A stretch of DNA of 64,000 nt, taken from a virus. The notes beneath the pieces were generated by a model. That model saw only the letters and a program-made list of their open reading frames with translations. It was not told the DNA's origin and ran no database searches. Position numbers and translations under genes: made by a program. Of this stretch, positions 51,680 to 59,858 are shown piece after piece. The stretch covers positions 1 to 64,000 of IMG/VR virus record IMGVR_UViG_3300045988_101454; one strand, 5' to 3'. Positions within the stretch are counted from its first letter, which is position 1; each line of letters begins with the position of its first letter.

Positions 51680-53386
51680 TTAGAGGATGCCGTTCTTACG
51701 CTTGTATTCCTCGATGGCTTTCTTAGAGCCTACGGGGTCGGCTTGGTTCCATTTGGGATAGCCGGTCTGAACATGTTGGATGTTAGCTCCCTCGCCATTG
51801 TTCTCAGGAGCCTCGCCAGCGTTCTGCTCAGTGCCAGCATCGTGGGTCAGCTCGTCAATCTGAGCCTGCTTGTCGGCAATGGTCTGCTCGGCTGTAGCAA
51901 GTGCGTCCTTAGCAGTCTGAAGGTTTGCCTCGGCATCAGTCTTGTCGACTGTGAGCTGGGCAATCTCCTTTTTCTTTGCCTCGGCGAGAGCATTCAACTC
52001 GTCGCCCTTTTTAGCAATGGCATCGGCGTGCCGTGCGTTAAGGTCGCTCAGTTCTTTACTGTGAGCCACCTTGGCTTGGGCGAGTGCGGTCTCCGCGACT
52101 TTCTTAGCTTCGTTGGCTGCGTTTACTTGAGCGGAGAGGTCATCAAACTTGCCCTGCAATTTTGCGAGAGCGTTCTCCGCTGTGGTGGCTTTCTGCTCGG
52201 CATCAGTCACCTTCTGCTCGGCCTCCTTCATGTGGGCTTCGAGAGAGTCAAGAAGAGAGGCGTTCATATACGCGCCCTCTTCCGTAACGGCAATCTCGCC
52301 AGCCTGCAGTCCGCAAGCAGAGCAAATCAATGGGTAATTCTCCATGTTTATATTTGTGTTTGTGTTGGTTGCTGTCTGTTCCGGCTCGACTGTAGGCTCG
52401 GCTTCGGGGGTCTGCTCTGGGTCACCATTAGGCTCGGCTGTCTGCTCACGGTTGATAAGTTCGGCTCTGCCGTCATAAAGTTCAAAGGCGTGTTGCACCA
52501 CTTCCATAAATGATGACTGACCATCCATCAAAATGCCCTTCACGTCCTCGGCATTGAACACCTTGCCATGCAGGTGCTCGTCGGTAGCATTGGGGCAAGC
52601 TTTCTTTACGTCGGCACGAAACTCAACGCCAAGATCGGCAAGCTCCTTGATAAGTTCCTTGTCATCATCCTTATTAGCAATGTCGCGGTAAGCCTTGTTC
52701 TTGTCAAACGACTTCGGATCATAAAGCTCGTGATAAGTTTCATCGGTAAATTGGTCTACTGTGCCATCAGCAAGAGTATAGAACGCTGCCATTACGCCGA
52801 TGCAACCAACCTGGTCTTTCGGATTCATGTAATAGCGTTCGTCGCAAAGCGAAGCGAGGTACATTCCAGCCGAAGCACAAAGACCATCAACCAAGGCAAT
52901 GACCTTCTGACCCTTTGAGTGGGCATAGTCGATAGCAAGAGCATAATCGTTCTTTGCCCAAGCAGAACCGCCAGGAGTGTTGATGATGAAAACATGACCA
53001 CGACAAAGAGGATGATCGGCTGCTCGCATCATCATGTCGCGATGGTCGATAGAGCCATACGAACAATAGCCGCCGTTGCGTGTGATAGGGCCGTCAACAG
53101 TAAGAACCGAAACGAAAGGAAACGTCTGCGCATCCTCGTCATCAGCAGGGAGGGTAAGACACCAGTTGCCTCTCACCTGTGTACCATCCTCTGAAACCTG
53201 ATATTCCTCTGGATAATAGATGTTGCCATCCTTATCCTTAGCTGTGACATAGCCACAAGTCTTCTCCGGCTTGCTGAAAGTCGCATGAGTATTCAGATTA
53301 TGCTCAAGCGACTTGCGAATACCATGCACAAAGTCGGGACTGACCATCCACTTCTTTTCGGTAAGTATTTCAAATAAGCCTTTCAT
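51680..53386 (-). CDS. head maturation protease (S49/ClpP-like) fused to a coiled-coil scaffold domain
   Basis: FIINTPGGSAWAKNDYALAIDYAHSKGQKVIALVDGLCASAGMYLASLCDERYYMNPKDQVGCIGV matches the S49 serine protease core. The C-terminal ~200 aa is an Ala/Glu/Lys coiled coil. Confidence 0.8.
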   Translation of the reverse strand: MKGLFEILTEKKWMVSPDFVHGIRKSLEHNLNTHATFSKPEKTCGYVTAKDKDGNIYYPEEYQVSEDGTQVRGNWCLTLPADDEDAQTFPFVSVLTVDGPITRNGGYCSYGSIDHRDMMMRAADHPLCRGHVFIINTPGGSAWAKNDYALAIDYAHSKGQKVIALVDGLCASAGMYLASLCDERYYMNPKDQVGCIGVMAAFYTLADGTVDQFTDETYHELYDPKSFDKNKAYRDIANKDDDKELIKELADLGVEFRADVKKACPNATDEHLHGKVFNAEDVKGILMDGQSSFMEVVQHAFELYDGRAELINREQTAEPNGDPEQTPEAEPTVEPEQTATNTNTNINMENYPLICSACGLQAGEIAVTEEGAYMNASLLDSLEAHMKEAEQKVTDAEQKATTAENALAKLQGKFDDLSAQVNAANEAKKVAETALAQAKVAHSKELSDLNARHADAIAKKGDELNALAEAKKKEIAQLTVDKTDAEANLQTAKDALATAEQTIADKQAQIDELTHDAGTEQNAGEAPENNGEGANIQHVQTGYPKWNQADPVGSKKAIEEYKRKNGIL

Positions 53387-53460
53387 TAGTAAAATCTGTG
53401 TTTTGTGTTGTGTTATCCTGAATACAACCCTTTTACCTGGTTGCCTGTGTTATCCGTATG

Positions 53461-53468
53461 CAAAATTA
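53461..53468 (-). promoter_or_regulatory. -7 promoter box (TAATTTTG) of the capsid operon
   Basis: Matches TAnnTTTG and lies 74 nt upstream of the ATG at 53386, downstream of a terminator. Confidence 0.45.
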
Positions 53469-53494
53469 AAGACCAAGGTTTTTAACATTAGGAC

Positions 53495-53526
53495 AAAAAA
53501 AGCCGCCATTCTCACGAATAGCGGCT
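53495..53526 (-). terminator. rho-independent terminator after 53570..54061
   Basis: AGCCGC/GCGGCT stem, followed on the minus strand by T7. Confidence 0.65.
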
Positions 53527-53569
53527 CAAACATTATATTATAAGGTATCAAAAAAATGGCTCACATCTT

Positions 53570-54061
53570 TTATTCTCGAAGCGTGATAGGTATTGGCTCC
53601 GACAAGGCTTGTGTGGTGGCTGGGAAGGTTCGCGCCAACTCAGTCTGGCTATTATCCGAGGTGCCACCAATACCGAATGTATGGGGTAGGGTGTAGCATA
53701 ACTGCAACGAACCGTCCAGCTTGCGCAACACCACATAATACTCCTTATCGCGCATATTTCTGTAGGCTTCACGCACATTTTCGCCTCCATTTACCACATT
53801 AGCACTAATATCATAGGTATATATAGTGCCATTGCCCTGTTTGGCGAGCGTCATCTTCACTTTAAGATTCTCTACAATAACGTAGTTTTCGCCACTCGTA
53901 GCCAAGCGCAAAGCAGGCTCGGCAGGCAAACTACAATTATTGATATATAACACTTGTGCCATATTGAACGGCACAGGGATTACACACTCTTCCATTGGAT
54001 AAAACATTACATCGGTAATGCCATCAAGGAACAATTCTTTGCATTTATTGGGTAGTTGCAT
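53570..54061 (-). CDS. hypothetical protein
   Basis: 163-aa ORF. Confidence 0.6.
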   Translation of the reverse strand: MQLPNKCKELFLDGITDVMFYPMEECVIPVPFNMAQVLYINNCSLPAEPALRLATSGENYVIVENLKVKMTLAKQGNGTIYTYDISANVVNGGENVREAYRNMRDKEYYVVLRKLDGSLQLCYTLPHTFGIGGTSDNSQTELARTFPATTQALSEPIPITLRE

Positions 54062-54130
54062 TTTTGTACACCTAAAATGGTTGTTTTTTAAATTGTTTTA
54101 AACTTCAATTTAACTCTTGTTTACATTGCC

Positions 54131-54865
54131 CTAATCATCGAACAATACATCATCTACAAAGTAAACCTTCTCGCTGTCATCTATGTACTGCATATCAGCG
54201 CATGAATAGGCTTTGAAATTGCTATGATCCGAGCTTAGCCATCGATTGATGATGCGACGCAGGGTGTCTTTTTCGTTCTCGTTCTGGTCTATGCCATAGC
54301 GCATCAAGAAACGCTCAAGCATGGCTGTCTGACGACGGCAAATTATACGCTTGTTGGATGTGCAATAGTCGAATGTGGCTAAAGCCCATTCTACGACACT
54401 ACGCTTAAAATCGTCGTTCAGCATGATAAGCAACTGACGGATGCCGCGCGTACTCAGATTCCATGCCGGCGTGACCTGACGAACCACGTCTATCACCTCT
54501 ACCTCCGAAGGTAGCTTTATACACAAATAGTCTTCTTTGTCGCTCTTAGAATATTCCTGTATTCCATTAAACCGTTGCACCTCGTCAAAAGACAGGTATT
54601 CATGCGAATCGCGCTTTGTGACAATCTCGCCACCGTTGGGGTGTTTGCCTTGCATCATGTTACGCCATTGTTGATGTGAGAAGCATTGCGGATTCACCTT
54701 TTGTGCAACGGCAGGAATGTTGGTTATATACTTGCGCAGTACGAAGTGGTGAGGCATATACGGACTAAACACCAACGGCTCGTCCTTGGCAAGCACGTGC
54801 TTGGAGTCGCGATTGCGAAAAAACTGGCAGCGACTGGTAGGTAGGCGAAGGTAAATGTTAGGCAT
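54131..54865 (-). CDS. hypothetical protein
   Basis: 244-aa ORF. Confidence 0.6.
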   Translation of the reverse strand: MPNIYLRLPTSRCQFFRNRDSKHVLAKDEPLVFSPYMPHHFVLRKYITNIPAVAQKVNPQCFSHQQWRNMMQGKHPNGGEIVTKRDSHEYLSFDEVQRFNGIQEYSKSDKEDYLCIKLPSEVEVIDVVRQVTPAWNLSTRGIRQLLIMLNDDFKRSVVEWALATFDYCTSNKRIICRRQTAMLERFLMRYGIDQNENEKDTLRRIINRWLSSDHSNFKAYSCADMQYIDDSEKVYFVDDVLFDD

Positions 54866-54873
54866 AACGTTTA

Positions 54874-55827
54874 TTATTTTGGTTTGGGCCGTTTGTATTG
54901 GCTCATAATTAAATCGGTGGCATTGAAGCTGTAGCGCAATGCGGTATCGGTCATGCTGTTCGACTGCATGTTGCCAACCACTTTTTCTACCTTCTCGATG
55001 TCGTTACGACTAAGACGGAGACAGAGCTGCGCCATGTCAATATAGCAACCTCCCGACTCGGTATGACCGATAACGCTCATGTCAAACTTCTCGTTACGGG
55101 CAAAGAATTGGTTAAGGCCTTCTATGAGGTCGGCTTCAGTGTAAATGGGCGAGGCTGGGTGCATCTTACGATACTTAGTAGAATACGTCTTCAAACGTTT
55201 TTCGACATAGCTGTAGATGGAGTCGGCATATTCGTAGAACAAATCTCCCTCACAAGAATCTACATCTTTCGGTCCCGCCGACCGGAAATAGCCACGTAGT
55301 TGATGAAGCACCTGCGAGACAGTATCAAACTGATTGAACTCTATATGACCCTTGAAAATGTCAAGCATATCGCCACGAATGTCAGTGGCTATACGGTCAA
55401 GACACTCTGCAAGAAATGTCAGTCGGTCGAGTCGGGAAGCAAGCAAGTCAACCTTCTCCTTCATACCTGGCTTTGAATAGTCAACATAATACTTTAGCAA
55501 GGTAGAGAAATTCATAAAGTCGTAACTGACATCAGAGCGCAAATTAGTTAGCACCATCGTAGCATACATTATGTCTGCCAAACGACGGTCATGCTGTTGG
55601 ATGGTGCGCAACAGATTACTCATTTCGCTTGTGCCAATACGCATACGTTTGCTTGTCTCAACAAGTCGGTTACGTTTTTCCACAGCGTCCAGATAATCGG
55701 GGTTATGGAAAAGAGCATCAAGCGACTTGGCATATTGCGTTGACGGAACATCCTTGAAATGGAATTGATAGACCGTAGGTTGCTGGCGCACAAATTCCTC
55801 TCGGTCGGGAAGCGGTTTTTTACTCAT
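54874..55827 (-). CDS. hypothetical protein
   Basis: 317-aa ORF. Confidence 0.6.
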   Translation of the reverse strand: MSKKPLPDREEFVRQQPTVYQFHFKDVPSTQYAKSLDALFHNPDYLDAVEKRNRLVETSKRMRIGTSEMSNLLRTIQQHDRRLADIMYATMVLTNLRSDVSYDFMNFSTLLKYYVDYSKPGMKEKVDLLASRLDRLTFLAECLDRIATDIRGDMLDIFKGHIEFNQFDTVSQVLHQLRGYFRSAGPKDVDSCEGDLFYEYADSIYSYVEKRLKTYSTKYRKMHPASPIYTEADLIEGLNQFFARNEKFDMSVIGHTESGGCYIDMAQLCLRLSRNDIEKVEKVVGNMQSNSMTDTALRYSFNATDLIMSQYKRPKPK

Positions 55828-55870
55828 AATTTCTCCTATTTATCATAAGGTCGATTACCGGATGAAATTA

Positions 55871-56260
55871 CTAACGTTCGTCACCGTCGCCAGCAATGAC
55901 ATTTCGTTGCTTGCGTGAGGCAAGTTTTGCGAGGTTTTCTTCAGCCACTTCTTCGAGCGTGACACCCATCACCTTGGCAAGTCCGGCAGTCTGCCAGAGA
56001 ATATCGCCGATTTCAGAGAGCATAAGATGACGTTCCTCGTCAGATACGTTCCACACCTGCGTATGAAGGATTTTGCCTTCCTCGTCGCGTTGTGTTGTGG
56101 TTATATGCAGCTTGCCTTTACGCATGTGCTTGCCGGCTTTGCTTGCAAACTCGCCAACCTCACCTACGAGATTGGCAAGCATATAGAAAAGATTGTCGCT
56201 CTCAGGCATACAAGTACTCATAGCCTTGTCCTGATATTCGTTTAATGTTAAATTTGCCAT
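55871..56260 (-). CDS. mazG: MazG-like nucleotide pyrophosphohydrolase
   Basis: LNEYQDKAM...LVGEVGEFASK...EIGDILWQTAGLAKVMGVTLEEVAEENLAKL matches the all-alpha NTP-PPase EExxE/D motifs. Confidence 0.85.
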   Translation of the reverse strand: MANLTLNEYQDKAMSTCMPESDNLFYMLANLVGEVGEFASKAGKHMRKGKLHITTTQRDEEGKILHTQVWNVSDEERHLMLSEIGDILWQTAGLAKVMGVTLEEVAEENLAKLASRKQRNVIAGDGDER

Positions 56261-56284
56261 GATATATATTGTTTGAATTGTTAA

Positions 56285-57181
56285 TTAAATTTCAAAACTC
56301 GGAATATACTGCTGCATTCTATCATTAATGATTCTACTGATTTGTTTTGCTACGATAGAAGCGTCAGGATGTGCGATTCCAGTTTTATTGCGTAAGCGCA
56401 TATCCAAAATATGCTTCCACTCACTAAGAGTGTATGTATAACCACAAATGGTATAGGTATTAAAAGTTAGGTTCCCCCTTGCATCTTCAGGTTTTAGACC
56501 TGTAAATATCAAGAACTTATAAACCTTCTCTGCCACCCAATAGCCAAAATGAGAAGCCCAAAGTTGATAACACTTAGCTTGTTCCTCCCAATGTGGGCGA
56601 CAAATTTGTACGCCACCTTTCCGTGAAAGGTTTACATAACGTGTACTTTGTTCAGCTATACAATTTGGTGATTTTCGATTATACGACTCTCCTTGTATGC
56701 GTTGCGTTGTCACTACCAGCGTCATGCGGATAATGGAGAATGCCTCCTCACACTTATACTTCTGAGCCTTCTCGATAAACTCGTCTTCGCTGACACCATA
56801 TTGACTAAGCGCGTCCATCAGTTTCTTGTTCTCAAGCAAGAACTGCATATTAGTGCTGATCCATACTTTGTGGTTCTTTGTGGCATAGTCGATGTAGGGC
56901 GAAGCATTCAGATACGCCCAAATGTAGTTAGGGAGACCCTTTTCATTGGGCATGAAGAAGTAGACGGTGCCGTGGCGATACATCGAGCGATGTCCGCTTT
57001 CCCAGAAGCCCTTGCAGCGTTCTTCGTCGCGATTCTGAATGAACGCTTCCACTTCCTCTTCGGTCATTCCTTCTTCGGGCTGCTTGCCCTTAGCCTTGTA
57101 GCATATTCTGCCCACTCTTGCTATATGTTGTGCAAGAGAGGTCTGCTGCCACCATTCTACTTGTGGCTCGGTGAATTTCAT
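56285..57181 (-). CDS. thyX: ThyX-like FAD-dependent thymidylate synthase family protein (divergent)
   Basis: ESGHRSMYRHGTVYF, AEQSTRYV and the C-terminal RGNL...LSEWKHILDMRLRNKTGIAHPD resemble ThyX blocks. The RHR motif is not clearly conserved. Confidence 0.55.
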   Translation of the reverse strand: MKFTEPQVEWWQQTSLAQHIARVGRICYKAKGKQPEEGMTEEEVEAFIQNRDEERCKGFWESGHRSMYRHGTVYFFMPNEKGLPNYIWAYLNASPYIDYATKNHKVWISTNMQFLLENKKLMDALSQYGVSEDEFIEKAQKYKCEEAFSIIRMTLVVTTQRIQGESYNRKSPNCIAEQSTRYVNLSRKGGVQICRPHWEEQAKCYQLWASHFGYWVAEKVYKFLIFTGLKPEDARGNLTFNTYTICGYTYTLSEWKHILDMRLRNKTGIAHPDASIVAKQISRIINDRMQQYIPSFEI

Positions 57182-57236
57182 TGCTTATGAATTTTAGTTG
57201 ATTATTTAATAGATAGTGCATTCTCATTCTCGATGC

Positions 57237-57734
57237 TTACACAATCATGTATCTCACACGCTGCACTTCTTCCAGCAAGTCGCTTGGCGAATCGTTGTTG
57301 AAGATTACCGCGTTGAAGAACGACAACGGCAGACGCTTGCGCTGCTTGTCACGTGCCATGCGCTCAGGAGTAACGCCTCGGCGAAGACGTGTGCGCTCTT
57401 TAGCCGACACGCAAATATTGAACAGCTCGATGTCGGGGAATTTCTTGCACAAGGCTTTCAGACCGTCTTCGTCAATGACGTAAATAGCCTTGTCACCCAC
57501 CTGCTCAACGGTGGTCCAATATTCATAGCCGCCATACTGCGTATATGCCAGCATCTTGTCATGCGGCACATCACACTTCTCCACAAAGTGATGTTCCACG
57601 CCATCAATCTCGCCTTCACGCTTCGGACGGGTGGTATAAGAACATATCACTTTATAGCCACCCAAGTCGGACAGCATCCGAGCCACAGTGTCCTTTCCTG
57701 CACCACTCGGACCGGTAATTGTTATTAGTTTCAT
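57237..57734 (-). CDS. guanylate/dNMP kinase
   Basis: A P-loop (ITGPSGAGKDT) and YTTRPKREGEIDGVEHHFV match the guanylate kinase signature. The start was moved from 57824 to the MKLITITG ATG at 57734. Confidence 0.75.
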   Translation of the reverse strand: MKLITITGPSGAGKDTVARMLSDLGGYKVICSYTTRPKREGEIDGVEHHFVEKCDVPHDKMLAYTQYGGYEYWTTVEQVGDKAIYVIDEDGLKALCKKFPDIELFNICVSAKERTRLRRGVTPERMARDKQRKRLPLSFFNAVIFNNDSPSDLLEEVQRVRYMIV

Positions 57735-57901
57735 ATCTCGTTTTTGTTTGAATTTTAACATTTGAGGAGTCATAGGACAATCATAGAACAACCGTAAGAC
57801 AACCGTAAGACACGCATAGAACACGTTTTAGCCCTCTTTTGCCCTGTTTTCGAGATTTTGATTTAACACTTGTAAAAAGTGTTTATGCCAAATACACTGT
57901 T

Positions 57902-58975
57902 TTACCCTTTCATTTCACTCCAAACTCGCCTGCATATCTGCCGATAAAAATCCTCACCAAGTTCCACCTTGCAAGCATGGATAAGATAATTGTAAGAGAC
58001 GGTCTGACTATTGCCCAACTGCTGCCATTTCAGGTTTGTCTGTGCTTCATTATATTTGGAGCTGCATCTTGATAGTTGGTGGAAGAGGTCAAGACCATAC
58101 GGATGTGAGCGCAATGCCCATCCTGCTTTCACCCAGTCGTCATAACTCTCGGTAATGTTCCGATGGTTGCCCACAAGTTCCTGCACGATAATCTCAATCA
58201 GTCTGTCTTGCACACGCTTCTGTTCCCAGAAGTTAGAATTGCCTTCTACTTTATACCCTACATTCGCATTGTACGAGCGATACGCTTGACGTGAAGCCAA
58301 GGAAACGAGCTGAACTTGCTCACCTTCCAATCCCTTATAGGGTACCACATTTTCATTGATATATATATGCTCAGGATCATCCCATGAGGCGAAGCGCACA
58401 CGTCCGATGTTGCTACAAGCCTTGTCAAGCGTGATGCCGATAGCGGCATAATCTTTGAGTAGAGCTTTGAACTGGTCCTTGTGCCGTTCAGGGTACGCCA
58501 ACTTAACCAAACCGAAATATCCGCTGCCGGAGCACGACCGCATCAGCAAGGCTATCTCCGGACGAAAACGGCAAATCATGCGCACATTCTCAAAATTGCT
58601 CATTTGCATATTGTCCGCAAGGTCTATGTCGATGGCGAGCCAGCCGGTATGTTGCTTTAGGTGGGTCTCCCGACGGCTCACCATTACCCGCTGCCCTGGA
58701 TGTGTTAGGCTGTCATCTTCATATAGAGCGAACAAGCCGCTAAGAGTGGCACCAGGTAACTTTTTCTTTGTTTCGATATACTCCGGCATCTGCTTCGCCT
58801 TACTGCCGTACTCCTTGCGCATAGCGCGAAGATGCTGCACATAGGGCTTCCATCTATCCGTCAAGCAGAACTCACGGATAGACATCTGCGTGATGCACTC
58901 GCCAGTTTCTTGGTCAACAAACTTTCCCTTGGCATCATGCGCATCTTGATATATGGAGCATATCTCGTCGAACAT
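57902..58975 (-). CDS. primase-like replication protein (BT4734/VirE-like N-domain plus PriCT-2-like C-domain)
   Basis: WLAIDIDL and TESYDDWVKAGWALRSHPYGLDLFHQLSRCSSKYNEAQTNLKW resemble primase-associated domains. This is a by-eye call. Confidence 0.45.
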   Translation of the reverse strand: MFDEICSIYQDAHDAKGKFVDQETGECITQMSIREFCLTDRWKPYVQHLRAMRKEYGSKAKQMPEYIETKKKLPGATLSGLFALYEDDSLTHPGQRVMVSRRETHLKQHTGWLAIDIDLADNMQMSNFENVRMICRFRPEIALLMRSCSGSGYFGLVKLAYPERHKDQFKALLKDYAAIGITLDKACSNIGRVRFASWDDPEHIYINENVVPYKGLEGEQVQLVSLASRQAYRSYNANVGYKVEGNSNFWEQKRVQDRLIEIIVQELVGNHRNITESYDDWVKAGWALRSHPYGLDLFHQLSRCSSKYNEAQTNLKWQQLGNSQTVSYNYLIHACKVELGEDFYRQICRRVWSEMKG

Positions 58976-59012
58976 ATTTTATATGATTAGTAACCATTGT
59001 ATTTTACCGTTG

Positions 59013-59020
59013 CAAATTTA
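59013..59020 (-). promoter_or_regulatory. -7 promoter box (TAAATTTG)
   Basis: Matches TAnnTTTG and lies 37 nt upstream of the ATG at 58975. Confidence 0.45.
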
Positions 59021-59760
59021 ATAATTATAATTGATAAAAACAATTCTTACTATTGTTATTAACTTTTATTTTATTTATCAACAATTCTTACCGTTGTTTA
59101 ACTGTACAAAGTCTGAAGTTTAGTTTTGAACTTTACAGCCTCCAAAAGTCCAAATTTTAAACTTTGAGTCCATTTTCCAAAAAAACGCCGAAAACTGAAA
59201 AGTTCGTAATTTTGAAAAACGCTTCTGCTGTCCACCCAAAATCCACATCGTGACCCCCCAATGAATTTTTCAAAAAGTGATTTAACTTTCTGATTTTCCG
59301 CTATTTATCTATTAAAAGTTTAAAAACGGGGTAATTTTTATATACTTATACGAGCGCAAAGAACAAAAAATATATAAAGAATAGTAGAAATAAGGCCATT
59401 TTTATAGTGTTTCTCTCGCTTAGTTGCCTTTTCTCATACCCCTTAACTTATTAAATGTCAACTATTTACGCCATAGGCGTTAATGCTACTAACTATATTG
59501 TTAGGGTTGGGGAGTTTTGAAAATAGGAAAGAAAGAAAATTGGCGAAATTTATATAAGGTAGTAGCCTTGATTAGTAGATTTCTGGACTTTTGAAGAGTA
59601 GACTTTAGATAAAGTCCATGATTGTTAGGTAGTTACGAAAATTTGTTGTTTTGGACTTTGGGGGACGTAAGTTTATTCTTAAACAAGAAAGAAAACGGAA
59701 GAAAAGGCGAGCGAAGCGCAAAAGAAAAGGCCGCCTCGCCTAACGGCGCGACGACCTGAT

Positions 59761-59858
59761 AAATGCTTCGCTAATTGCGAAAGATAGCGCAAGATAAATG
59801 CTTTGCCGCTTGCGAAAAGCGTAGCGCAAGGAAATGCTTTGCTGCTTGCGAAAGACTA
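59761..59858. repeat. ~35-bp tandem repeat x 2.7 with internal hairpins, abutting the tape-measure stop codon
   Basis: AAATGCTT(C/T)GC...TTGCGAAAG...GCGCAAG units start at 59761, 59796 and 59832. Each of the first two forms a (C)TTGCG/CGCAA(G) stem. Confidence 0.75.

Noticed and set aside
9240-59858. Genome-wide TAG reassignment (translation table 15) as the explanation for the in-frame TAGs
   Set aside because: Four well-supported genes end at TAG: stops at 9240-9242 (followed by TAA), 9971-9973, 13329-13331 and 59856-59858. All large late genes are intact under the standard code, and no suppressor tRNA is in the window. The idea is kept only as a low-probability alternative in the findings.
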